Position numbers and translations under genes: made by a program | Source of the DNA: Fibrobacterales bacterium | GTDB taxonomy: Bacteria > Fibrobacterota > Fibrobacteria > Fibrobacterales > JAOPTW01 | Direction of reading: 5' to 3' | NCBI GenBank assembly: GCA_051532035.1 | Contig: JAOPTW010000036.1 | Span: 32,001 to 96,000 of the forward strand | Length of the DNA stretch: 64,000 nucleotides | Notes under the pieces: model-generated | The model's database searches: none | What the model saw: the letters and a program-made list of their open reading frames with translations, nothing else | What the model was told of the DNA's origin: nothing | In this document: positions 10,839 to 19,518 of the stretch, piece after piece | Position numbering within the stretch: position 1 is the first letter of the stretch | Layout of the letters: every line of letters begins with the position of its first letter

Positions 10839-10872
10839 AAAAAAAGTCAAATAGAGATACTATTTGACTTTT
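10839..10872 (-). terminator. Intrinsic terminator
   Basis: AAAAGTCAAATAG-AGATA-CTATTTGACTTTT hairpin with a T-tract on the minus strand, downstream of 10929..11651. Confidence 0.75.
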
Positions 10873-10928
10873 AAAATTTTGAAACAGAGTAAGAATGCCA
10901 TCTATTTAAGTTATTAGAGCTATTGGTT

Positions 10929-11651
10929 CTATTCCATGCTTTTTATCATGATAATATCGAGAAGCTCATCGTTTGCGGCTTGTGGGCCCATCACTCCTTC
11001 ACTCGTTTTGGAGTATGTATTTTTCATAACATTCAATGTGTAATTTTGGGCTGTTGAAAAATCGAGATTGAGAAATATGTTTTGCATATAGAAGTCCACT
11101 AGTGATTTAGTGTCAGATACTGCTACTTCAATAGCTTCGTTCTCACTTTCAGGTTCAAGCTTATTAAGGTTACTTACATCAAGAGTCCCAATGTAAACAG
11201 CTTTGGAACCATCCGGAATCCGCTTAAGCATAAAGCCGAGGCTTCTCAATACTTCTTCTTTAGGCCCTGGCATATGATCTATACCTTGTGGCTGATTCAG
11301 TAAAATATTTTCATTATATTCCTTTACCTTTGATCCATAAAAGTTTATAGAACGCATGAGGAGCTGATTTCCCGTTACCTTTTGAATAAAGTAGAGAGTA
11401 TCTATTTTATGAGTCTCTGCATTACGGGTGTAATAGGTATTGCACTCTGTCGTTACTCCTCCTGGCTTTAAATTAGTAGTATACAATAGCTCTACACGTG
11501 GGTCTGCATATGAAAGCCCTGTTAATGCACCATAAACAATAGTATCTACAGAACCAAGGTCGTTATAGGTTATGTTAGGGTTAATGGTGCTCGAACAGTG
11601 AGAGAGAATGAGTATGAGTGAACATACATAGAAAGTGCGCATAAGAGCCAT
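10929..11651 (-). CDS. Hypothetical lipoprotein
   Basis: 240-aa ORF, SD AAGGA, hydrophobic leader ending ILSHC; no family recognised. Confidence 0.65.
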   Translation of the reverse strand: MALMRTFYVCSLILILSHCSSTINPNITYNDLGSVDTIVYGALTGLSYADPRVELLYTTNLKPGGVTTECNTYYTRNAETHKIDTLYFIQKVTGNQLLMRSINFYGSKVKEYNENILLNQPQGIDHMPGPKEEVLRSLGFMLKRIPDGSKAVYIGTLDVSNLNKLEPESENEAIEVAVSDTKSLVDFYMQNIFLNLDFSTAQNYTLNVMKNTYSKTSEGVMGPQAANDELLDIIMIKSME

Positions 11652-11782
11652 ATTAATCCTTAAAAAGGTGATTGAAGATTATATCAATATAGCTATAAGA
11701 AGTGTATACAATAATGGTAGTACACACTTTTTCTGATGAGACCTAACAAACTGTGACCCCTGTCACAGTGGAAAGAGAATAA

Positions 11783-12370
11783 TTATGATTTTTTGAGAAA
11801 ACAGGTTTTTAGAAAAATCACAACCCCGTTTACTTTTCCTTCAACAAGTTCGGGATCACGACCAAGATGGATAGATTTTACCACCGTCCCCCGTTTTGCA
11901 ACAAATGAGGTTCCCTTAACATTCAAATCTTTAATGACTGTAACTGTATCTCCCTCGCTAAGCGCACCGCCATTTGCATCAACAACGTTGCCTGCAACCT
12001 CTTCCCCACTATCTTCTGCCCATTTCTGAACATCTTCTTCGAGATAGATCTGATCAAGGAGATCTTGAGCCCACGATTCCGTGGTGAGCTTTTTAAGGAG
12101 TCGCCATACAACAACCTGAACCGCAGGAACTTGACTCCAGGCTGATTCATTCAAGCACAAGAAATGAGTAGTGTCTAAATCACTTCCTGAAAGTTGGCTC
12201 GAGCATTTGTTACAGAGTAATGCGCAACGATTAACTTGCGGGTCAACTACAGGCGGCACTTCATATATTGCAAGATCACTCTCCGCAAAACAGAGTTCGC
12301 ATTTACTTTCTGCTCGCTCTTGAAGTGAGGGTAAAAATGAGTCTAATAGAATATCGCGTGGTCCAGCCAT
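11783..12370 (-). CDS. PhnA/YjdM domain-containing protein
   Basis: N-terminal CELC...LCNKC; CLNESAWSQVPAVQV; C-terminal DANG..L..GDTVTVIKDLNVKG...KRGTVVK; start ATG 12370 with SD AAGGGG. Confidence 0.88.
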   Translation of the reverse strand: MAGPRDILLDSFLPSLQERAESKCELCFAESDLAIYEVPPVVDPQVNRCALLCNKCSSQLSGSDLDTTHFLCLNESAWSQVPAVQVVVWRLLKKLTTESWAQDLLDQIYLEEDVQKWAEDSGEEVAGNVVDANGGALSEGDTVTVIKDLNVKGTSFVAKRGTVVKSIHLGRDPELVEGKVNGVVIFLKTCFLKKS

Positions 12371-12556
12371 GGTTGTCCCCTTGTAGTAAGTATTATTGAT
12401 TGGCAACAATAATAGTAAAGGAGTGCTCCATTAGCCTTAACTGAGCAGTCAATCATAGTTAAAGAGGGTAAAATCATACATTTTACATACAGAAATAACT
12501 CTTCGCTACAGAAACTAAAGCGCTCTTATTACATTATAGAAAAAGAGGAGAATCCT

Positions 12557-12868
12557 ATGATTACTGTTAATGTATATGTCCATGTAAAAGAATCGTATCT
12601 TAAAGAATTTATTGAAGCGACTATTGAGAATGCATCTCAAAGCAACAAGGAACCAGGTATTGCACGATTTGATTTAATACAAGAGGTTGAAGACCCTCAA
12701 AAATTTATGTTAGTTGAAGTGTACCGCGATAGTGATGCACCCGCCGCACATAAAGAGACTGCTCATTATAAGAAATGGCGCGAAATCGTTGAGCCCATGA
12801 TGGATACTCCTCGCAAAAACAATACATACCAAACAATCTACGTAAAAGACACCGACTATGCTCTTTAA
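12557..12868 (+). CDS. Antibiotic biosynthesis monooxygenase (ABM/LsrG-like) protein
   Basis: EPGIARFDLIQ...FMLVEVY...AAHKETAHYKKWRE; SD GAGGAG. Confidence 0.88.
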   Translation: MITVNVYVHVKESYLKEFIEATIENASQSNKEPGIARFDLIQEVEDPQKFMLVEVYRDSDAPAAHKETAHYKKWREIVEPMMDTPRKNNTYQTIYVKDTDYAL

Positions 12869-14009
12869 CTTTGAAAGCCCACAGCTCATAATTTTTGGCG
12901 CAGGCAAAAGCGAAGAGCTCCCGAAACGAATAGCAAGCCTCGGCTCACGAGTCCTTTTTGTCATTGGCAGCGCAACAGAACGCTGGAGTGAGTTGTTTAA
13001 TCGCATTTCGGAGACTGGTATCGAAATGTTTTATAGTACGGTTGAGAGTGAACCATCACTTGAATTAGTTGATCGTATTACCAACCAAGCTCGAGAGTGT
13101 AATGCTGATCTCATTGTCGGAATTGGTGGAGGGAGTGTTATTGATACAGCTAAAGCTGTTGGCATGATGGCACCCAATACTGGAGCCGTCCTTGATTATT
13201 TGGAGGTCATTGGCAAAGGGAAATCATTTACACAAAAAAGCCTCCCAACGATTGCGGTCCCGACAACTTCTGGCACCGGAGCAGAGGTGACTAAAAATGC
13301 AGTACTCTTCTCACCGGAGCATGCAATCAAGGTGAGTATGCGCAGTCCCGATATGATGCCCGATATCGCTCTTATCGACCCCGACCTCACCACATCTGTA
13401 CCTGCTCACATTACCGCATTTACCGGAATGGATGCTCTCACTCAAGTTATTGAACCGTTTATCTCATGTATGAGCAACGAATTTACCGATACTCTGTGCC
13501 GAGAAGCCATAGCAAAAGCAGGACCAGCACTCCTCAAAGCATTTCATGAGCCCATGGATATTGAAGCGCGAACCAACCTCTCTTATGTAAGCTTAATGGG
13601 CGGACTCGCTCTTGCCAATGCGAAACTCGGCGCTGTGCACGGATTTGCCGGCCCTATCGGAGGAATGTTTGATGCCCCTCATGGTGCAATTTGCGCAGCG
13701 CTCCTCCCTTATGTACTCCAAGCCAATATTAAAGCGGTAACGGAACGAGGGACCAAAGAACAGAAGATTCGCTATGAAGAGCTCGCGCTGCTTTTAACAC
13801 GAAATCCCATAGCCGAAGCTGAGGATTCTGTACGCTACATTACTAAATTGAACAAATCTCTGGGTATCAAGGGTCTTGCTGAATATGGGGTAACTGCCGG
13901 TAAGATTGACGCTATTGTGGCTGTTTCGAAAAATACAAGCTCTATGAAGGGGAATACATTAACTTTGAGTGATGATGAGCTGTCAAAGGTTATTTTTCGG
14001 GCGTTATAA
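12858..14009 (+). CDS. Iron-containing alcohol dehydrogenase
   Basis: GIGGGSVIDTAKA, VPTTSGTGAEVT, DALTQ, LGAVHG, APHGAIC; overlaps the upstream gene. Confidence 0.92.
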   Translation: MLFNFESPQLIIFGAGKSEELPKRIASLGSRVLFVIGSATERWSELFNRISETGIEMFYSTVESEPSLELVDRITNQARECNADLIVGIGGGSVIDTAKAVGMMAPNTGAVLDYLEVIGKGKSFTQKSLPTIAVPTTSGTGAEVTKNAVLFSPEHAIKVSMRSPDMMPDIALIDPDLTTSVPAHITAFTGMDALTQVIEPFISCMSNEFTDTLCREAIAKAGPALLKAFHEPMDIEARTNLSYVSLMGGLALANAKLGAVHGFAGPIGGMFDAPHGAICAALLPYVLQANIKAVTERGTKEQKIRYEELALLLTRNPIAEAEDSVRYITKLNKSLGIKGLAEYGVTAGKIDAIVAVSKNTSSMKGNTLTLSDDELSKVIFRAL

Positions 14010-14152
14010 GCGAAAAAACGGTATTTATAAGCGTAATTACACTCAGCTATAGTCTATTTACATATCAAAAATCTAATATATTAGTATGAACATGAGCCTC
14101 CTGTGTATATATTACTCTTGGGGCAAGGCACACACATATCTGAGAGATTTCT

Positions 14153-15016
14153 ATGAAAATAGCTTATTATGGCATTATACTCGCATTGATCACATTTGTA
14201 TCATGTACAATAGAAAATACTATCCCTGAGCGAAATACTTTTGCTCAATCTGTTGGCGTTGAGAGCTCTATGGAACAAATAGCAGGCGATGATGAAAGTA
14301 GTGAAAATGACGAATCGTCACAAGAAACAAATCTCAGTAGCTCAGCTGAAGCTAAAGAGATACAATCGATAGGGGCTCAGGAACCAAGTTCAGCAGAAGA
14401 GAAAGAGCCAGAATTCAGTTCTGAAAGTAGTGATATGATCTCATCTTCTACTGAGAGTTCATCTTCGCAGGAAATCCAAAAACAAAGTTCATCATCTGAA
14501 ATAAGCTCAAGTGAAACCAGTTCTTCATCAGCACCTCTATCTTCTTCACAAGGACCGATTGAACTATCAGGAGCCATTGATATAAAATATACAACTGAGA
14601 CCTATGGCGGTAAATATTCCATGAGTAATAAAGGAAAAGGATTCGTATTTGCAGTATATGTATTAGCAGAAGATGGTTCTTTTATTAAAACGTTAAATGC
14701 AAGAGGCGAGGAGGAAGAAAAACACCTTGTCAATTGGATGAACAGCCTTGGAGATTTAGAGCCTGATGGTATATCAGGAGCAACCACAAAAAATCATCGT
14801 GAACGTGAAATTTCCTGGGACCTTTCTAACAGAGATGGTGACACTGTTTCCCCTGGAACATATACCGTATACTTTGAATTTACTGAAGACAATAAAGATG
14901 GTGATGAATTTAGAGGAAGAATACACTCAGTTGAAATGGATCTTACCGGAGAACCATTTTCCATTGAAGAGTCAGAGGATAACTTCAAAAATATTTCTAT
15001 CGTTTACTCACTATGA
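14153..15016 (+). CDS. Lipoprotein with Ser/Glu-rich linker and C-terminal DUF2271-like domain carrying a flavinylation motif
   Basis: Lipobox FVSC; Ser-rich linker of about 90 aa; AVYV...G.FIKTL...HLVNW...DGISGAT...ISWD...G..V.PGTY.V.FEFTE. Confidence 0.8.
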   Translation: MKIAYYGIILALITFVSCTIENTIPERNTFAQSVGVESSMEQIAGDDESSENDESSQETNLSSSAEAKEIQSIGAQEPSSAEEKEPEFSSESSDMISSSTESSSSQEIQKQSSSSEISSSETSSSSAPLSSSQGPIELSGAIDIKYTTETYGGKYSMSNKGKGFVFAVYVLAEDGSFIKTLNARGEEEEKHLVNWMNSLGDLEPDGISGATTKNHREREISWDLSNRDGDTVSPGTYTVYFEFTEDNKDGDEFRGRIHSVEMDLTGEPFSIEESEDNFKNISIVYSL

Positions 15017-15597
15017 TACACTATCAATCAACTTTAAGTGTTTTAATCGCACTGTTTACTGGAATTATGACTACCAGCTGCACCATCGTCGATGCTGACC
15101 AAAATGAACTCAATGCAAAGCTTTCAAAAACCGAAGTTGCACATGAATGGCAAGAGACCAACAACTGTAACACCTGCCATGAGGCTCTGCCAAAAACAGG
15201 TGAACACAGTCTTCATCTCGACAAAAGAAAAAACACCTTCGACAAATTTAATCCAAACGGTATCATTACCTGTGTTGACTGCCATGCAATGTCCATACAT
15301 AGCATTCGTGGAATTAACCCAGAGTATTCTTCAACTGATTCTATACTCTACCCCGATCTCTCACACATTATAGGATCAACAGATTTTTCAGAAGTCCAAG
15401 AATATCTCACCGATCTTTTTGACTATGACTCCGTTCCTCATTACCGTACAACACTCTACCACAAAAATGGTGCGATTAATGTGGAACTCGCAGAAACGAA
15501 TTTAGAGAAAGAAGATGGGGAACGCATACCAGCGACATATAACTTTAAGACAAAAACTTGTTCTACGAATGCATGCCATAAGAAGGAACGATGGTAA
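15013..15597 (+). CDS. CxxxxCH/CxxCH-type c-cytochrome lipoprotein (3 heme motifs)
   Basis: Lipobox TTSC; CNTCH, CVDCH, CSTNACH; ATGA overlap with the upstream gene. Confidence 0.85.
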   Translation: MIHYQSTLSVLIALFTGIMTTSCTIVDADQNELNAKLSKTEVAHEWQETNNCNTCHEALPKTGEHSLHLDKRKNTFDKFNPNGIITCVDCHAMSIHSIRGINPEYSSTDSILYPDLSHIIGSTDFSEVQEYLTDLFDYDSVPHYRTTLYHKNGAINVELAETNLEKEDGERIPATYNFKTKTCSTNACHKKERW

Positions 15598-15806
15598 GAA
15601 CAACATATATACTATTATTAGTACTGTTACTTTTAAGTATAATCAATTGCGCAATGGTTCCTCAAATGGACCGTGAATATCTGAGTGACCCTGTAATGCA
15701 ACTCTCTGAAGACCCTATTGAAAGCACCTTAGAAGGCCATAACTTTCCTCGAAGAGAAGGTTCAGTTGGTGGATCTGCGGGTGCTGGAGGTGGATGTGGT
15801 TGTTAA
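15591..15806 (+). CDS. DUF4266-family small lipoprotein
   Basis: Signal ending INC; V....REYLSDPVM...REGSVGGSAGAGGGCGC C-terminus characteristic of DUF4266. Confidence 0.85.
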   Translation: MVRTTYILLLVLLLLSIINCAMVPQMDREYLSDPVMQLSEDPIESTLEGHNFPRREGSVGGSAGAGGGCGC

Positions 15807-17016
15807 ACTCGTTATTTTCCTTGTATTACCCCTCCTCATTGTGGCTCCCCTTTTCGCCTCAGGTTCAGAGAACTCACTTGATTTGCGCTATCATTTCTAT
15901 ACCGATAAAAATCAAGTGACCGCTTATACTCCTGTTCTTGCACTCACTAAGTGGTTGGACGAACTATGGTCTGTCTCTTATGAGCAAGAGATTGATGCGG
16001 TGACTGGTGCAAGTAGAAGCCTTGGGTATAATAGATTAAACACTGTATCTAAAGATGAAACCCTAAAACCATCTGAACCAGATAGCCCCATTGATGCCCT
16101 ATCTGGAGCTACTAAACCAGAAGTACGGTTTTCTGAAAGTTTTAATGTCAGTCGAAATAATCAAGGCGATATCATTGGACTCGGATTCTATATGAGTCAT
16201 GAGCCAGATTACACATCCTATTCGCCGAGTATTAATGTCGCATTAGATTTCAACGAACGCAATACCACTATAAGCGCCAGCTATGGTCGATTCTTTGATA
16301 CCTATCACGGTCGCGAAGGGTTTGCCCCTGGGGGAGATAAAAACATCAGCTCCTTTAGTTTTTCTTTTGCACAAAGTCTCACCCCTTTTACCATGGTTAG
16401 TCTCTCGGGTAACTATGTCGACTCTTGGGGGTTTCTTGGTCACCCCTATCGCCCTGTTACTCTTGAAGACGGCGATTCAAAAGAAGAGCGTGTTCCTGAT
16501 GCAAAAACAGGCATTGCCCTCTCTGCTAATATTATCCAAGGGTACGAGCTCTTTGATGAGTATCTTGGTTCAATAAATGTTCACTATCGAAACTACCATG
16601 ATAGCTGGGGAATGAAGTCACACACTATCGATACCAAACTTTTTCAACACATCACTGATGAACTCTATATACGACTGAGACACCGGTTTTACACTCAAGG
16701 CTCTATGGATTTTATCTATGCACAATACAGCACCGATGACAAATATCGTTCCGCTGACATACGATACTACTCATTCTTTAGCAACCTCTTTGGCTTTAAA
16801 CTTGCCGGTGGTTTTCCCGATTCATGGGAGGATATTTGGTTTGTACCTACACAATGGAACTTCACTTTTAACTACCTCTATCGAAGTACACGAAACAACC
16901 CTGATCTCTATCAATTTTTTGGAGACACCTGGTATAGTGGCATAGATGACTTCATGGGAGTATCTAATTATTATACTCAAGCAGATCTCCTCCTTGGAAT
17001 CCAATACGCATTTTAA
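15796..17016 (+). CDS. DUF3570-family outer-membrane beta-barrel with two flavinylation motifs
   Basis: Signal peptide; DAVTGAS and DALSGAT; EPDYTS, FNERNTT, G.LGHPYR, ERVPD, Y.DSWG..SHT; ends IQYAF (terminal Phe); probable GTG start 15796 with SD GGAGG at 15786-15790. Confidence 0.82.
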   Translation: MVVKLVIFLVLPLLIVAPLFASGSENSLDLRYHFYTDKNQVTAYTPVLALTKWLDELWSVSYEQEIDAVTGASRSLGYNRLNTVSKDETLKPSEPDSPIDALSGATKPEVRFSESFNVSRNNQGDIIGLGFYMSHEPDYTSYSPSINVALDFNERNTTISASYGRFFDTYHGREGFAPGGDKNISSFSFSFAQSLTPFTMVSLSGNYVDSWGFLGHPYRPVTLEDGDSKEERVPDAKTGIALSANIIQGYELFDEYLGSINVHYRNYHDSWGMKSHTIDTKLFQHITDELYIRLRHRFYTQGSMDFIYAQYSTDDKYRSADIRYYSFFSNLFGFKLAGGFPDSWEDIWFVPTQWNFTFNYLYRSTRNNPDLYQFFGDTWYSGIDDFMGVSNYYTQADLLLGIQYAF

Positions 17017-17046
17017 CTCAGCACACTCAACACAAAGGAGACACCC

Positions 17047-17529
17047 ATGAAATGGCTACTCACTTTTATGACTACCATCACTCTTGCCCTTCCTCTGGCG
17101 GCTAAAGAGTACACTCTTCCTTCATTTTCACTTTCAGATATTGAAGGCATCACCCACTCTGTTGATGAATACAAAGGCAAAGTAGTTGTTCTTGATTTTT
17201 GGGCTACATGGTGTGTTACCTGCCGGTATGTTTTCCCAAAACTCAATGAGATATACAAAAGCAGTGCATCTGATAAAGTTGCGATACTTGGTATTAATAC
17301 CGACAAAAAGTTTAAGAAGAAGAAACTTAAGAAGTACATCAAGAAAAACAGAATTGAATACCCAGTACTCTTTGATCAAAAAAGTACTCTTGCACCAAAA
17401 CTTGGAGTTACCGCTGTTCCTTCTCTGATGGTATTTGATACTACCGGGAAACTCATAGCTCATATGAATGGCTATGATGTTGAAGAAGAGGAGAAAATTA
17501 TTGCCCAAATTAAGGCTTTGATTAAATAA
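17047..17529 (+). CDS. TlpA/ResA-family periplasmic thiol-disulfide oxidoreductase
   Basis: Signal peptide; KGKVVVLDFWATWCVTC; GVTAVP cis-Pro motif; SD AAGGAG. Confidence 0.92.
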   Translation: MKWLLTFMTTITLALPLAAKEYTLPSFSLSDIEGITHSVDEYKGKVVVLDFWATWCVTCRYVFPKLNEIYKSSASDKVAILGINTDKKFKKKKLKKYIKKNRIEYPVLFDQKSTLAPKLGVTAVPSLMVFDTTGKLIAHMNGYDVEEEEKIIAQIKALIK

Positions 17530-17557
17530 CTCTCATTCCACCATACACTTTAAGACA

Positions 17558-17589
17558 AAAAAAGGGAGGCCAATTGGCCTCCCTTTTTT
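17558..17589. terminator. Bidirectional intrinsic terminator joining the flavin and heme operons
   Basis: Perfect 32-bp palindrome AAAAAAGGGAGGCCAATTGGCCTCCCTTTTTT. Confidence 0.9.
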
Positions 17590-17592
17590 ATT

Positions 17593-18135
17593 TTACTTTT
17601 TACTCGGATTTGGGTGATTCACCTTTTTATACTTCTTCTTATAATTAAAAGGTTTATAGGTTGGTGACTCTTTATTGTGACAGGTTGTACATGTTTTTTC
17701 ATCGGGAACAATCATTCCTGCTGCAATTGATTTTGCATGGTCTTTCATGACCTTTTTCTTTTTATAATCTTTACCCGGGCCATGACAACTTTCACATTGT
17801 ACACCATTCTCCATTTTATAGCTCTTATCTAAATATTTTGCATCAACACCATATGCCGTAACATGGCACTTCAAACACTGCGGTGCTTTTTGAGGATCAC
17901 CGGTGACACCATTCTTTTTCGCAACTTCTTTAGCCTCGGCAGTACCTAACGTTTTAAATGCATTCGCATGACCGGATTTCTGCCATTGCTGATATTGTTC
18001 ACCATCCTTCTTCTTTTTATGACATGTTTTACATTTAGCAGCACCGACAAACTTATGTGCTGGGTCTGCAGCCTGTACAGTTCCTACCCAAAATATTCCT
18101 AGAATAAATACGAGACTTATTACACTGATTTTCAT
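17593..18135 (-). CDS. Periplasmic tetraheme cytochrome c (c554-like), strongly basic
   Basis: Signal peptide VQA; FVGAAKCKTCH...QYQQWQKSGHA, CLKCH, GVQCESCHGPG, CTTCH. Confidence 0.9.
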   Translation of the reverse strand: MKISVISLVFILGIFWVGTVQAADPAHKFVGAAKCKTCHKKKKDGEQYQQWQKSGHANAFKTLGTAEAKEVAKKNGVTGDPQKAPQCLKCHVTAYGVDAKYLDKSYKMENGVQCESCHGPGKDYKKKKVMKDHAKSIAAGMIVPDEKTCTTCHNKESPTYKPFNYKKKYKKVNHPNPSKK

Positions 18136-18154
18136 TGTATCTCCTTGTTTGATT

Positions 18155-18709
18155 TTAAAAATCCACTTGTCCGTTAATATGTTTTGTGTAATCCTTAATG
18201 GTCATAGCATCAACTGTGCCTTCTACAACGCTACTGTGACAGCCAAAGCACGCGCCATTCCCGCCTCTATGTCCTGTTACTAAACCGACCCCTGTACTAT
18301 GACATGTTTGGCAGCCAACGGTATCACCCAAATTAGAATTACTATTCCATACAATACCTGAATTATTACTCATTGCGGCTCCATGGCATGCAATATTTGA
18401 GCAGGTCGCCCCTTGCATTGTGTTCCTCATACCAGGCAGAGAGTTATATTCGACATTCACTACTCCATTTGTATGAAGGAGAGCATTAGTAGCTAAAAGA
18501 CTATCTACCCTATACCCATTATGACATTCACCACAGCTATACGCATAACCATTTGATTGAGCGAGACTATGAATCCCTGATTCTGGTGGTAATCCGTGAC
18601 ATGATGCACATGTATCTTTCTCTAATTCAGCAGAACCATCAGAATCAAGTTTGCTACATCCAACAAACCAGAGAACAAGTACTATTACAAAAAGTATCTT
18701 TATGTTCAT
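18155..18709 (-). CDS. CxxxxCH/CxxCH-type pentaheme cytochrome lipoprotein
   Basis: Lipobox FVGC; CASCH, CGECH, CSNIACH, CQTCH, CFGCH; HING.VDF end. Confidence 0.88.
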   Translation of the reverse strand: MNIKILFVIVLVLWFVGCSKLDSDGSAELEKDTCASCHGLPPESGIHSLAQSNGYAYSCGECHNGYRVDSLLATNALLHTNGVVNVEYNSLPGMRNTMQGATCSNIACHGAAMSNNSGIVWNSNSNLGDTVGCQTCHSTGVGLVTGHRGGNGACFGCHSSVVEGTVDAMTIKDYTKHINGQVDF

Positions 18710-18719
18710 ACTTCACTCC

Positions 18720-19517
18720 CTACTTTGAAAAGTGACAATCGCCACAGAATTGTTCAACCGGCACATGACAGGTAGAACAGTTTTTTCTTTTAAATTTAAC
18801 ATCCATACCATGGGTATATTCATAATTCAAGCCATGTACTTTTTTCCCATTTAACCCAAGGTGACAATCAGTACAAGTGCTTTCATCTTTATGACACATA
18901 CTGCACTCCTGTTTTTTGAATTGAGCGTCACGACCATGAAAATCACCACTCAGCCATACACCTGATTTGTGTGAACTCGGTAGAAATGTAGTCGGTGCCG
19001 TTTTTTGCGATACGGGACGAACCGCAGTAGGATGGCATGTAGCACATGTGGTACTTACCTGCTGCTCGGTATGACAGGCAACACAACTTGCCATTGAAGG
19101 GAGCGCCGCAGAGGTTGACTCTTTTGGAATTACATTTCCATGGCAGCTCGAACATTTTTGATTATCGCTACTGTTCGTATCCCTTTTAATATGATTTTTA
19201 TGTGAGAAAAATAGTTCACCTGGTAATCTCTTTTTATACAACTGAAAACTTTTATCCTCAAAGGTCACGTCAAGTATTTGTTCTTCTTTAATATCATCCT
19301 CATGACAGTCGGTACATACAGAGGCCTTAACACTCTGTATTGCGCCAATAGAACCAGCTGCATTAATTTCTGTATGGCAGTCGGTACAGCCCACTTCTTC
19401 TTCAACAACATGGTAGGTGTGAGAAAATTTGTTCTCTTTCAGAAAGTCCTGTGCACATACCGTACCATACATACCCATTGCAATCATCAGGCTCGTTATA
19501 ATTAATTTCATACTCAT
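18720..19517 (-). CDS. Periplasmic nonaheme cytochrome c (c3/c7-like repeats)
   Basis: Signal peptide; 9 CxxCH; FSH..H distal-ligand motifs. Confidence 0.9.
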   Translation of the reverse strand: MSMKLIITSLMIAMGMYGTVCAQDFLKENKFSHTYHVVEEEVGCTDCHTEINAAGSIGAIQSVKASVCTDCHEDDIKEEQILDVTFEDKSFQLYKKRLPGELFFSHKNHIKRDTNSSDNQKCSSCHGNVIPKESTSAALPSMASCVACHTEQQVSTTCATCHPTAVRPVSQKTAPTTFLPSSHKSGVWLSGDFHGRDAQFKKQECSMCHKDESTCTDCHLGLNGKKVHGLNYEYTHGMDVKFKRKNCSTCHVPVEQFCGDCHFSK

Positions 19518-19518
19518 G

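Noticed and set aside
14285..14550. Ser-rich low-complexity DNA as a repeat array or CRISPR
   Set aside because: It is an in-frame protein linker with no fixed-length repeat and spacer structure
17593..18135. Calling the tetraheme nitrifier cytochrome c554 (cycA)
   Set aside because: No hao/amo genes in the window; the c554-like pattern is widespread
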